Below are positions 14,791 through 30,934 of a stretch of 64,000 nt of DNA, in pieces. The notes below the pieces were generated by a model. It was not told where the DNA came from. It searched no databases and saw only the letters and a list, made by a program, of their open reading frames with translations. The stretch comes from Eledone cirrhosa (Eukaryota): the NCBI GenBank assembly GCA_964016885.1, contig OZ024744.1, positions 82,398,001-82,462,000 of the forward strand, written 5' to 3'. The position numbers and the translations under genes were made by a program. Within the stretch, counting starts at the first letter, position 1. The number at the start of each line of letters is the position of its first letter.

Positions 14791-15383
14791 CCTTAGAGTC
14801 ATCTAAATCAAAGGTTCTCAACCCATTTCGGGCAAACGCCTCCTTTTGCTCCTCGAAATCACGAAAGCCTCACCCCCACCCTACTCTATTTTTCCATTTT
14901 TCAATATACTACTGATTTTGATATCAGTAGATTACTGGGCCAAATCAAGTTATGCTAGAATCTTTAAAAAATACCCGTACGAATTAAATACAAAAATGTT
15001 CAGTCCAAAACAAATGCAAGCTATTTCAAATTATATATTTTTGAAAAATAGACGTGAATGTTCTCAAAGATTTCATCTCAGTCGAAAAAGCTTTTTTTTA
15101 AATTCTATCTTTCACTGTTAGCTGTTGTAATATTTTGAGTGGATGGACAATTCTACAATTCAAACTGTAAAGTCAAAATACAAAAGATGCAAAATATGAA
15201 GAATGTCTTACCTTTCTCTTGAATCACAAACTCAAGGGAAAAATAGTACCTTGCAAAATAAAATACCTCGTAGCAAAATAAAATACTTAGTAGCAACGAA
15301 TGAATTGAGAAGCATGGTGACAGTGAGTAAGCAATATCTGTATCCCTTATAGATATATACATATATACATAGATAGATAGATA

Positions 15384-15448
<65 letters not shown>

Positions 15449-15943
15449 ACACACACAAACTTGTGTGTGTGTGTGTGCCTTGGTTTTAGTACAGAAATTA
15501 TTTTGTCTCCAGTTTTTATTGCCAGGTCAAAAAGGCCACTGCTCTTTTCAACAACGTCAAATAACAACGCCATATATATATATATATAGTGTTTTTTATC
15601 ATTTATTTTGTTTTGACCTGTTTAGCTTGATTTGCTTTCCGGCTTAGGTGGTTGATGCTTTCTTGACAACTATTTCAGTTTTATATGGCGTTTTAACATA
15701 TTGTTTAGGTCTGGTATTTTAACTATGGAGCACTTGCCAGCATTATTTCTGATTTTTGCTTTTCGTTTCGCCTTTTCTACCCGCCGAAATGCGATTCTCG
15801 CTAGATCTATATTTGTATATATAAATGAAGAGAGAAAGAGGGAGGGACAGAGAGTGTAAGAAATGTATGCGGCCCGCGAACTACTTTTGTGTGGCCTGTG
15901 GTAGAACCAATATTTCATATTGCATTATAAGTGGTGAAAATAA

Positions 15944-16160
15944 GGCGGTGAGCCGGTGGAATCGTTAGCACATCTGGCGAAATGCTTAGCGGTACTTCTT
16001 TCGTTTTTACGTTCCGAGTTCAAATTCCGCCGATCTCAACTTTGCCTTACATCCTTTTGGGGTCGATGAATTAAGTACCAGTTGTGAACTGGGATCAATG
16101 ATATCGACGGGACCCTAAACCCTAAATTGCATGCCTTGTGCCTATAGTAGAAATGATTAT
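15944..16160 (+). mobile_element. SINE related to family 1 (older variant)
   Basis: GAGTTCAAATTCCGCCGA, GGGGTCGAT and CCTTGTGCCTATAGTAGAAA shared. Confidence 0.8.
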
Positions 16161-16289
16161 AACTGGGGAAAATCATCACCCACCACCAAGTTTGGCCCAC
16201 TGTGCCTCTCCTCCAGGACGTAATGGCCCATTTGTGTCCTTGAGTTTGAGACCCCTCTTCTACACACACGCACACACACACACACATAT

Positions 16290-16485
16290 ATACTTTACTA
16301 GTTTTCTGTCTTTTTACGCCCATGCTGGAGCATCAGCTTGGTAAGTTATGGGGACGTCAATAAACCAACAAGCATTGGTGGGAGGGAAAACACAAACGCA
16401 AAGACACACACAGACATATATACATATATACGACGCGGATCTTTTAGTTTCGGTCTATCAAATCCACTCACAGCGCTTTGGTCGG
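16290..16485 (-). mobile_element. Fragment of a second SINE family
   Basis: Reverse strand reads CCGACCAAAGCGCTGTGAGTGGATTTG...GCTCCAGCATGG, resembling an abundant octopus SINE as recalled; not searched. Confidence 0.55.
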
Positions 16486-16516
16486 ATATATATATATATA
16501 TATATATATACAATGA

Positions 16517-16596
<80 letters not shown>

Positions 16597-16601
<5 letters not shown>

Positions 16602-16789
16602 AGTAAGTAAGACCCCGACGGCTGAGCTCAAGCCGTTTCGACGGCTAATTCCAGTACAGAATTAGCCGTCGAAACGGCTTGAGCTCAGCCGTCGGGGTCT
16701 TACTTACTCCTATTACCCACTCTACTACCCTAAGTATTGAGTACTTTGGTGCGTTATGGTCCACCTGGTTCCTTACCACTTTTCCCTCG

Positions 16790-16790
<1 letters not shown>
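16597..16790 (+). mobile_element. PLE-like fold-back fragment between (TA)n tracts
   Basis: Perfect 55-bp arms (16597-16651, 16659-16713); 3' half of a hammerhead core. Confidence 0.7.
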
Positions 16791-16866
<76 letters not shown>

Positions 16867-17183
16867 CAAATTAACAATAAAAATAAAAAGAACAAAGTCA
16901 AGTTACTTTATAACTTTGTTTTTATTTTGTTTTTATTTTTATTGTTAATGTAATAGCTAATATCTGACTCTGTATCTAAAGAATTAATTCAGCGAAACAC
17001 AGAACTTCTCTTTGAATTTTACTGGATTACATTGAGTTCTATCTACGGTATGGACCCTACCACCAGAGGTAGACCAGACTGAAAAATGAAAATATATATA
17101 TATATGTGTGTGTGTCTGTATGTGTGTGTGTGTATAATATATATATATATATTATACACACACACATACAGACATATACAGAC

Positions 17184-17377
<194 letters not shown>

Positions 17378-17448
17378 ATATATATATATATAAAATAATT
17401 AAGTCAAATATGTAAAATTTGGCTTCGTTTATTATAAATTATAGATAT

Positions 17449-17503
17449 ACTGCTATATATATTTCGGTGACAGCCATCATTGGCTGTGACCTCTTCAGGC
17501 AGT
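17449..17503 (-). ncRNA. Hammerhead ribozyme motif (inverted twin of 17732-17786)
   Basis: Reverse complement of the motif in the right arm. Confidence 0.7.
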
Positions 17504-17731
17504 CCGAATTGGTGTGGGAAAGACAGGTACACATGTTGTTGAAGTGTGTTTTACTCCGTCAATACTCCGATATGTCCAGCTCCTGGTTGCGTTGTTATTT
17601 CTCTGAGGAACTGGAATCATATCATTCCTCAGAGAAATAACAACGCAACCAGGAGCTGGACATATCGGAGTATTGACGGAGTAAAACACACTTCAACAAC
17701 ATGTGTACCTGTCTCTCCCACACCAATTCAG

Positions 17732-17786
17732 ACTGCCTGAAGAGGTCACAGCCAATGATGGCTGTCACCGAAATATATATAGCAGT
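17732..17786 (+). ncRNA. Minimal type I hammerhead ribozyme motif
   Basis: ACTGC-CTGAAGA-GGTCACAGCCA.ATGA.TGGCTGTCACC-GAAA-TATATATA-GCAGT. Confidence 0.7.
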
Positions 17787-17981
17787 ATATCTATAATTTA
17801 TAATAAACGAAGCCAAATTTTACATATTTGACTTAATTATTTTACATTACTCCGGAGTAAACAAACCAACCTGCGTACTTCGTCGAGTGCTCCAATCTGC
17901 ATACTGAGGTGTCGGTAAAACAACCAACATATACTAAAAAATTATATATATATATATACTATACACACACACACATATATA

Positions 17982-18124
17982 TATCCTTACACACTTAAAT
18001 ATAAATGCATGTATTTATACAAATGTATAAATACATATATACATACATACATTTACGTATGTATATAGCTATGCATTTATACATTTGTATATATACATAC
18101 ATTTATATTTAAGTGTGTAAGGAT
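17982..18124. repeat. Imperfect AT-rich inverted repeat
   Basis: ATCCTTACACACTTAAATATAAATG ... CATTTATATTTAAGTGTGTAAGGAT. Confidence 0.8.
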
Positions 18125-19144
18125 GTTGACATGATTTATGTTTTTTGGGGGGTAAGGAGAAAATTTTGCCTCCACATTTTATTACCTAGGGAGATTAAAT
18201 ACCACAGTTCTGGCTGAAAGCTGACCAGGTTCTCAACCTCATCAAACACTAACGCCGGCCTGTGTGTGTATATGTGTGTATGTATGTATGTATGTATGTA
18301 TGTATGTATGTATGTATGTATGTATGTATGTATGTATGTATGTATGTATGTATGTATGTATGCTTCTTTTTGTTGTCATTTCTGTTGAAGTTCTTGTAAC
18401 TGTTGTCAAAGTTGACGTTGCCCTTATTTTCATTTTCTTTGATTTCTTTCGTTTTCTTTTATCTCCCTAGGGAATTCGTTGACAAGCTTCTTTTATTTAT
18501 TCTCTTCGTTTTCTTCATTCAAATGCATTCACACTGGCTGTCTAAGAGACGTACAAATAAGACTTATAAAACTTACAAAACTAAAGGGGCTTCTAGCGCC
18601 CCACAAAGCTTCAAAGGCCCCCTAACGCCCCTTGTTCCAACGCCCTCCTCCCCTGGAGTCCAGAAACGCCCCCCCCCCACCCCGCTGAGAACCTTTGATC
18701 TAGATGGTACAGTTTTCGTCAGATTAGCCAATAGACATACCCTATGGTGCCTACGGCTTTACGTTGGCTACTACACGTAGCAGAATTACGTGATGTGCAC
18801 TAACAACTTAGATAAGACCAATAGACAAGACATCGTTTAATGGAAATTGAATGCGTCTTTCTCTGTATGAAAGTTTTCAGAAGTCAGTTTAGTGAACTAG
18901 TCAAATGGGAATTAACATAGACCACCACCAACAATAGTTGATGTATCTCAGAAGAAAGAGAAAAAACAACAACAAAAAAAACAACCAGGAAGCGTCCATA
19001 ATCTATAGGTAAGGAGTAGTGATAGAGGATAGTAGATAAGAGAAGCGTATAATAAATCGTTTAGAATAGACGTATTGAAGAATAAAGAATACAAACGATG
19101 TGCTATGGACGAGAATGTCTTTCCACCATTTATTTCTTATCTAT

Positions 19145-20157
<1,013 letters not shown>

Positions 20158-20695
20158 CAATCGTGAAATTTTTAGATCTGTAATGTAGTCGCCTCAACAC
20201 AGAAATGACAATAGTAATAGTCGAATTCTATAAATAATAAGTGAGAAAATCAAGGGAAATAAATCCAGAGACAGAAAAAGTAGACAAATGCGCCTCTGTC
20301 CACATTTTCCGACTCCAGGGGATACTTTTGAAGATTTTCTCTTCAACTATTAGTAATACTAGCAGAAAAACCACCCGAAAGGTGGTTTTCGGCTAGCATG
20401 TGTAGTGCGCATATTGGTATTATGCACAAATATATATGCATATAGATAAGCTACGTCAAATAAAATAGTAATTGACAACATGCACAGAAATTGAAGAGAG
20501 ACTGTGTTACACTGTCTTATGTAATCAGTAAAGTAATCCATGATACATTAAAAAAAGACGATATTATAGATAAACGTTATATAACGATGTAAATATATGA
20601 ACGTTTATATAAGAGATATAATATAGAGTCCATTATATCATAACCGGAAGTATTGACATTTGAAAATGTTAAAAGAAATGAATCTTGAAATAAAT

Positions 20696-20830
20696 AATTG
20701 TTTCTACTTTAGGCACAAGGCCAGCAATTACCCAGTGCATTACTGGTACTTTATTTTATCGACCTCGTAAGGATGAAAGGCAAAGTCAACCTCGGCGGGA
20801 TTTGAACTCAGATCGTAAAGGGACGTAACT
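20696..20830 (-). mobile_element. SINE family 1, 5'-truncated
   Basis: TSD ATCTTGAAATAAATAAT at 20682-20698 and 20831-20847. Confidence 0.9.
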
Positions 20831-20976
20831 ATCTTGAAATAAATAATAAAATCATTTATATAAATTATGTTATATTCATTCATTATTTATTCAAAGTAAT
20901 CCAACTTATTTGACAAATGGGATAAAAAAAATGTATTCAGGACGCAGTCCCACACTCCTCCCTTTATTATATTATG

Positions 20977-21158
20977 ATTGGCAGTATCGGTAGAGGGTCG
21001 GACGCCATGCTTTCCAGCATAGTTACGTCCCTTTAAGATCTGAGTTCAAATCCCGCCGAGGTTGACTTTGCCTTTCATCCTTACGGGGTCGATAAAATAA
21101 AGTACCAGTAATGCACTGGGGTAATTGCTGGCCTTGTGCCTAAAAGTAGAAACAATTA
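20977..21158 (+). mobile_element. SINE family 1
   Basis: TSD ATTATATTATGATT at 20966-20979 and 21155-21168. Confidence 0.9.
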
Positions 21159-21537
21159 TATTATGATTTCATTATATAGACATTCAAAGATTCCTTTCTT
21201 ACTTTTTAGGCGGTGGTGGGAGATCCATTAATTTTACAACAACATATCACCAGTACAATATTTTATTGACCTGACCCCCAGAAGAATGAAAGAATGATCA
21301 AGTCAACCATAGTAGAACGTAGAAAGACCCAACAAAATTCAATATAACATGTCATCCTTTGCTCTACCGATTCTTCTAATCCACTGCACTAAATATCACA
21401 TATTTCTTTCTTTGCGTGTATAAGATGAATACTCACACACGTGTACAGACACACAGACAGATAGATAGACTCACACACACACACACGCACACACACGCAC
21501 ACATCCATATATACACACACGCACACACACACACACA

Positions 21538-21575
<38 letters not shown>

Positions 21576-21830
21576 TCCATACACACACACACACATTTTT
21601 GTTTGTAATATTGGTTTCTGAGACAAGCAGCAATCTAGTGACAAAAGGAAGTCGACTAAATCGATCTCAGTACTTAATGGTAATTAATTTTATTGTGTCA
21701 GGAATGATGAACGGAAAAGTAAACATTGGCTGGATTTGAACTCTGGAAGTAAAGGGCTGGGAAATATCCCGGAAAACATTCTAGCCGGCGTTCTAATGAC
21801 TCTACCAAACAGCCACCATATCATTGTTAA

Positions 21831-22018
21831 ATAATTGTTTCTACTTTTTGGCACAAGGCCAGCAATTATCCAGTGCATTACTGGTACTTTATTTTATCGA
21901 CCCCGTAAGGATGAAAGGCAAAGTTAACCTCGGCGGGATTTGAACTCAGAATGGCAAGGGCCGTAACTCTGTGCGTCAAAGCATGGCGTCTGATCCTCTA
22001 CCAATACTGCCAATTCTC
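21831..22018 (-). mobile_element. SINE family 1, next to an older decayed copy (~21610-21818)
   Basis: TATCATTGTTAAATAAT duplicated on both sides. Confidence 0.9.
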
Positions 22019-22062
22019 CTATCATTGTTAAATAATATTACTATTTTTATCATCTCAAATAT

Positions 22063-22285
22063 GGAGGTGGATTCGCAGTATCTGTAGAGGGTCGGACGCC
22101 ATGCTTTGCAGCATAGAGTTACGGCCCTTTATGGTCTGAGTTCAAATCCAGCCGAGGCTCACTTTGCCTTTCATACTTACAGGGTCGATAAAATAAAGTA
22201 CCAGTCACGCACTGGGGGTCGATTTAATCGACTTTCTCCTCCCCCAAAATTGCTGGCTTTGTGCCTATAAAAGAAACCATTATCA
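22063..22285 (+). mobile_element. SINE family 1, long variant
   Basis: Extra GTCGATTTAATCGAC hairpin segment before the 3' end. Confidence 0.9.
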
Positions 22286-22554
22286 TCATCTGAAATACCT
22301 TTGTTCTACCATTATTCTGATTCGTATAAAAAGAATTGCTGCTACTCATGAGATAAAACATAAAGATTTAAAGTAAAAAAAAAGGCAAATAAAAAAAAAA
22401 ACGTATAGAAAGAATATAAAAAAGTAAGAAAAAAAAAATCAATATATTTTGATGAGAAGCACGTTTGATGAAATAACACAAGATAGACTTGTGAAAAGGC
22501 GAGCCAATTATAGAATATCAAAAAGTATAACGAAAATCCCTTCTGGACTCCTAT

Positions 22555-23860
<1,306 letters not shown>

Positions 23861-24244
23861 ACGCTTAGATAAATATAATCATACAAGCAGGCAGGCATAC
23901 ACAGAGGAATGATTCTCTAATATGCATTGTGTTCGAAAATTAAGGAAAAATCAAAAGAAAAGAAACTGGTAAGAAATCTTCCGAGAAAGAGCCACAAGAT
24001 CGTCTTAGATTAATTTAGGTGAAATGGTAGTGGGGTGCGTGATTGACTCTCCTGGGGAATTATGTGGATTCTTTTCGGAGCCAAGAATATGATGTCATCA
24101 AGGCGAAAGCTTTTGAGACACACGGAAGGTGTTCTTTGGCCGCAAGACAGCTACTCCTGTTCTGATGAGAAGAAAAAATTTCAAGTTAAGAATTATGGCT
24201 TCATTCAGTATTAAGGAGGAAGTTCGGCTAATAAACATGATGGT

Positions 24245-24469
24245 GGGTCTTGTTAAATATGTCCTTCTCTCTCTCTGTGCATTTATGTGTTTTATGTGTG
24301 TGTAGCTATGTGTGTGTATGTGTGAGTATATACATACATACACACACACGCACACACATATATATATATATGTACACATACACATACACACACTATATAT
24401 GTGTTTTATGTGTGTGTAGCTATGTGTGTGTATGTGTGAGTATATACATACATACACACACACGCACAC

Positions 24470-24502
<33 letters not shown>

Positions 24503-25129
24503 CATACACACACACGTACACACACTATATATGTGCTTTATGTGTGTGTGTAGCTATGTGTGTGTATGTGTGAGTATATACATACATACATACACACACA
24601 CGCACACATATATATATATATATGTACACATACACATACACACACACATACACACACTATATATGTGTTTTATGTGTGTGTAGCTATGTGTGTGTATGTG
24701 TGAGTATATACATACATACATACACACACACGCACACATATATATATATATATATGTACACATACACATACACACACACGTACACACACTATATATGTGT
24801 TTTATGTGTGTGTAGCTATGTGTGTGTATGTGTGAGTATATACATACATACATACACACACACGCACACATATATATATATATATATGTACACATACACA
24901 TACACACACACATACACACACTATATATGTGTTTTATGTGTGTGTAGCTATGTGTGTGTATGTGTGAGTATATACATACATACATACACACACACGCACA
25001 CATATATATATATATATATGTACACATACACATACACACACACATACACACACTATATATGTGTTTTATGTGTGTGTAGCTATGTGTGTGTATGTGTGAG
25101 TATATACATACATACACACACACGCACAC

Positions 25130-25160
<31 letters not shown>

Positions 25161-25643
25161 CACACACGTACACACACTATATATGTGTTTTATGTGTGTG
25201 TAGCTATGTGTGTGTACGTGTGAGTATATACATACATACATACACACACACGCACACATATATATATATATATGTACACATACACATACACACACACATA
25301 CACACACTATATATGTGTTTTATGTGTGTGTAGCTATGTGTGTGTATGTGTGAGTATATACATACATACATACACACACACGCACACATATATATATATA
25401 TGTACACATACACATACACACACACATACACACACTATATATGTGTTTTATGTGTGTGTAGCTATGTGTGTGTATGTGTGAGTATATACATACATACATA
25501 CACACACACGCACACATATATATATATATATATGTACACATACACATACACACACACATACACACACTATATATGTGTTTTATGTGTGTGTAGCTATGTG
25601 TGTGTATGTGTGAGTATATACATACATACACACACACGCACAC

Positions 25644-25674
<31 letters not shown>

Positions 25675-26530
25675 CACACACGTACACACACTATATATGT
25701 GTTTTATGTGTGTGTAGCTATGTGTGTGTACGTGTGAGTATATACATACATACATACACACACACGCACACATATATATATATATATGTACACATACACA
25801 TACACACACACATACACACACTATATATGTGTTTTATGTGTGTGTAGCTATGTGTGTGTATGTGTGAGTATATACATACATACATACACACACACGCACA
25901 CATATATATATATATGTACACATACACATACACACACACATACACACACTATATATGTGTTTTATGTGTGTGTAGCTATGTGTGTGTATGTGTGAGTATA
26001 TACATACATACATACACACACACGCACGCATATATATATATATGTACACACACACATACACACACTATATATAATATATGTATATATATATGTATAGATG
26101 TGGGTGTGTGTGTATATTGGGTCTTGTTAAATATGTCCTTCTCTCTCTGTGTCTCTGCGTTTATGTGTTTTATGTGTGTGTAGCTATGTGTGTGTGTATG
26201 TGTGAGTATATACATACATACATACACACATACGCACTCACATATATATATGTACACATACACATACACAACCACTATATATATATATATATGCATATAT
26301 ATATATAATATATGTATATATATATGTGTGTGTGTGTGTATTGGGTCTTGTTAAATAAGTCATCTCTCTGTGTGCGTTTATGTGTTTATGTGTGTGTAGC
26401 TATGTGTGTATGTGTGAGTATATATACATACATATATACACACACACAGGCACACACATATATATATATATGTACACACACACATACACACACACACTAT
26501 ATATATATATATATATGCATATATATATAA
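24245..26530. repeat. Minisatellite of ~120-132 bp compound-microsatellite units, about 15 copies
   Basis: GTGTTTTATGTGTGTGTAGCTATG...GAGTATATAC...CACTATATAT recurs with regular spacing. Confidence 0.93.
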
Positions 26531-26639
26531 TATATGTATACATATGTATATGTGTGTGTGTGTATATATATATGTATATATGTGTGTTTGAGTTTGTCTA
26601 TGTGTGTTTGTAGGCTTGCGTGTGTGTGTGAGTATATAC

Positions 26640-26673
<34 letters not shown>

Positions 26674-26784
26674 GTGTGTTTATTTATGCGTGTTTATATG
26701 TACGAATGTGTATGTATGATGCATATATGTACGTAGGTATGCATGTGTGTATGTATGCTTGTGAACGAAAACGTACACACGAAT

Positions 26785-26803
26785 GAGAGTGAGAGAGAGA
26801 GGG

Positions 26804-26889
<86 letters not shown>

Positions 26890-27025
26890 TGAAATAGAGA
26901 TAGAGAGAGAGGGTGGAAGAGAGACAGAGAGAGGGGGAGAGGGGGGCGATAGAGGGGGGAGAGAGACAGAGAGAGAGCGAGTGAGAGAGAGAGAGCGAGA
27001 GCGAGAGAGGGCGAGTGCGAGAGAG

Positions 27026-27075
<50 letters not shown>

Positions 27076-27100
27076 TGGAAGAGAGACAGAGAGAAAGAGA
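26785..27100. repeat. (GA)n/(GATA)n microsatellite
   Basis: Direct reading. Confidence 0.95.
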
Positions 27101-27284
27101 ATGAGAACAAGAGAGTAGAAAGAAATTAGGAATTATAATCAATTTTGTCAAAGAAAGTTGGAACCAATATTTCTACTGAAAGGTGTTTCAGGTATGCCGT
27201 TTCAAATGAGATTCTTTCTTTCATTCTCTCTTTCTCACAACCCCCTTTTCTCTCTCTACCCTGCTCCTTCTCCTTGTTCCTATA

Positions 27285-27980
27285 TATACATGCATACATA
27301 CATACATGCATACATACATATATAGACAGATGCATACATACATATATACACACATATATAGACAGATGCATACATATATACATATATACATACATATATA
27401 GACAGATGCATACATACACACATATACACATATATAGACAGATGCATACATACATACATACATATATACATATATACATATATAGACAGATGCATACATA
27501 CATACATATACACATATGTAGACAGATGCATACATACATACATATACACATATGTAGACAGATGCATACATACATACATATATACATATATACATATATA
27601 GACAGATGCATACATACATACATATATACACACATATATAGACAGATGCATTCATACATACATATATACACACATATATAGACAGATGCATACATACATA
27701 CATATATACATATATACATATATAGACAGATGCATACATACATACATATATACATACATATATAGACAGATGCATACATAGATACATATATACATATGTA
27801 CATATATAGACAGATGCATACATACATACATACATATATACATATATAGACAGATGCATACATACATATATACATACATATATACATATATAGACAGATG
27901 CATACATATATACATACATATATACATATATAGACAGATGCATACATACATACATACATATACACATATATAGACAGATG

Positions 27981-28012
<32 letters not shown>

Positions 28013-28030
28013 CATATATAGACAGATGCA

Positions 28031-28064
<34 letters not shown>

Positions 28065-28142
28065 CATATATAGACAGATGCATACATACATACATACATA
28101 TATACATATATAGACAGATGCATACATACATACATACATACA

Positions 28143-28178
<36 letters not shown>

Positions 28179-28401
28179 TGGTGGCTGCAAACTCGTTTTC
28201 GTGTACGGCCACTACTTCATATCCATGTAGGAGAACCCCTACCGATGCGCTGAACGAGTGTGACTTTTTAGTCCAGCCAGCGACTTGAAAACTCTGGTAC
28301 AAAGACTACACTTGTGACAATTATTGACACATAGTGCTGGGCCCATGGTACCATGTGACGACAAGTGAATACATACATACATACATACATACATACATAC
28401 A

Positions 28402-28435
<34 letters not shown>

Positions 28436-28590
28436 CATATATACATATATAGACAGATGCATACATGCATACATACATATATACATATATAGACAGATGC
28501 AATCATACATACATACATACATACATACATACATACATACATACATACATACATACAAATATACATATATAGACAGATGCATACATACAT
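27285..28590. repeat. Minisatellite TAGACAGATG(CATA)n, ~36-56 bp unit
   Basis: AGACAGATGCATAC anchor repeated more than 20 times; interrupted at 28179-28367. Confidence 0.93.
28179..28367 (-). mobile_element. RTE-type LINE 3' end encoding a C2H2 zinc finger
   Basis: CSLCTRVFKSLAGLKSHTRSAHR-stop, short UTR, (TATG)n tail; second copy at 37481-37670. C-terminal C2H2 fingers occur in RTE/BovB ORFs. Confidence 0.65.
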
Positions 28591-28810
28591 ACATGCACGC
28601 ACACACACACATACACATACACACACACACACATATACATATATATATATATTGGGTGAGAACTTATGCAGAGATAATTTCCCTTTCTCTCTTCTCACTC
28701 TCTTTCATTGCTTCTTATCTCTCTCCTTACATATATATACATATATATATATATGTGTGTGTGTGTGTGTATCTATATATATAAATAAATACACATATAT
28801 ATATATATAT

Positions 28811-28841
<31 letters not shown>

Positions 28842-29140
28842 AGTATAGACAAATGTGCGTGTGTGTATATTTATACATATGCATATATTTATATATATAT
28901 ATATAATATAATATATATTTTATATATATATATACAGTATATGTATAAAACTTCCATATATATATGATGACGGAGATTGGGAAATTGTGTATGTAAGGAG
29001 AGATAACTCTGGTCCTCACTTTTTCAGTCAATCAATTAGTCAATCAACATATCATTTTATCTACCTGTCTATATACTGACATTTCTATGTCTCTATGTGT
29101 ATAGGAGGAATAGAGACTGGCGTACACAGAGAGAGTCGCT

Positions 29141-29176
<36 letters not shown>

Positions 29177-29441
29177 TACAAATGCACATACATATATATA
29201 TATATATATATACATATATATTTATATATATTTCGTTTCTGAATTTGTTTAGCAAGATTCTTTATCTGAAAACGTGTGTTGAAACCGATATTGTAATACT
29301 TTGGGAGGGTCATGTTGCCAATAAGAAACACACGCACCAGTTGCTTTCACTTCAATTTATTATAATAAATTTATAAATTTAGGAATTTATAAATTTCCGG
29401 TTGGTTGGTTGGTTCCACAACCAGACGATTGTTCATATATT

Positions 29442-29484
29442 GTCAAAGTTCTTTCGTCACACATTCTGTGACCTCTTCAGTGAC
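29442..29484 (-). ncRNA. Minimal hammerhead ribozyme motif
   Basis: GTCA-CTGAAGA-G-GTCACA.GAATG.TGTGAC-GAAA-GAACTT-TGAC. Confidence 0.65.
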
Positions 29485-29675
29485 TGGGGATTCTTTTCTT
29501 TGTTTTTGTGCCTCTCCTTTGTTCTGTCCTACGCCATCTTGTTTTTGTGTGTGTCGTGTGCTTAGTTTGCGCATGTGTTACATCCGGGTGTCTGTGTGTG
29601 TTTATATTTGTTTATTTATTTATTTACATGTTACTGGTTGGTTGTTTGTTCTATGTGTGTGTTTTCATTTTGTCC

Positions 29676-30060
29676 TTAATTGTAAGTTGTGATGTTGCTG
29701 TTCCATTCATGTTTTCTATTTAATTTTCTAGGTTGGAGTTCATTTATGTTTATTGCCTCTTTGATTTGTCTAAACATTGCGTCTTTTCTGTGTGTAGATT
29801 CTATTTTTATTTCTATGTTCTCTAATTTACCCTTATGTTCTATTTTAGCATGTTGGTGGAGTACAGATGATTCTTTACTATCTTGAAGCTCTCGCCAGTG
29901 TTCATTTATCCGTTCCCCTATACTACGAGCTGTCTCACCTATGTACACTATATTCTTATCTCTACATTGTCCTTCAGTACATCTTATGTTATATACTACA
30001 TATCTAGTTTTACAGTTAATATGGAGGCTTAGTTTACAGGTTATACATTTCTTATCTATC
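29676..30060 (-). pseudogene. GIY-YIG endonuclease (PLE C-terminus)
   Basis: CITC..NCKTRYVVYNIRC..C..VYIGETARSIGERINEH..RQIKEA..LNRKHE. Confidence 0.88.
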
Positions 30061-30484
30061 CAGGGAGGTCTTTGAAAAGACCTCCCTGTATAGATAAGAA
30101 ATGTATAATCTGTAAATTAAGCCCCCATATTAACTTTAAAACTAGAAATGTAGTATACACATTTGATAAAGATGTATGCAGTTCATTTCTTACTGACGAC
30201 ATGTTCATTTCTTACTGACGACACACGCACACACACACACACACATATATATATATAAATATATATATATATGTTTGTATGTTTGTGTGTGTGTGTGTGT
30301 GTGTGAGTGTGTCTGTGTGAGAGAGAGTGAAAGAGAGAGAAAAAGAGAGAGAGATAGAGAGATAAATATATGTATACATACATACATATATGCATATATA
30401 TATAAATATAATATATATATGCACACACACATACGCGCGCGCGCACACACACACAAACACACACATACTGTATATATATATACA

Positions 30485-30517
<33 letters not shown>

Positions 30518-30812
30518 TATATGTTTTCTGTATAACTACAGCAGTTCCAGGCGGCGCACTGTCTTTGTACATATCAACTCGCTTATCTTGAGAGACCTTG
30601 AAGAAGAGTCGCAGCCCGTCATTTTGAGTGTACACTGAGTTGATCGATATCGAAACTATTGTAATATGCCAATAAAGTTTCTGCATATGCTTCAACACTG
30701 ACTTCGATTCTTCTTACACTATATACAAATATAAACACACACACACACACACACACACATACACACATACACACATACACACACATATACATAAACACAC
30801 ACATGCACACCC

Positions 30813-30845
<33 letters not shown>

Positions 30846-30934
30846 CATACATATCGACAGTCGATCGACTCTCGTCAAATCGGACCGAGGAAACAATGTT
30901 CCCGTTGCTCTTTCCAATTGCTAATACTATCTAT

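Larger units (their letters stand above)
17391..17930 (+). mobile_element. PLE-like palindromic element with 220-bp arms
   Basis: Arms 17391-17610 and 17625-17844, 14-nt loop, unique 3' extension, (TA)n flanks. Confidence 0.8.
29230..30160 (-). mobile_element. Penelope-like element 3' fragment with inverted 5' duplication
   Basis: GIY-YIG remnant, downstream hammerhead, fold-back centred at ~30074. Confidence 0.85.

Noticed and set aside
24245-28170. CRISPR-like regularly spaced repeats
   Set aside because: Spacers are simple repeats, not unique; eukaryotic context; no cas genes
28239-28367. Host C2H2 zinc-finger gene exon
   Set aside because: Single finger followed by stop and repeat tail, duplicated at 37481; fits a LINE 3' end
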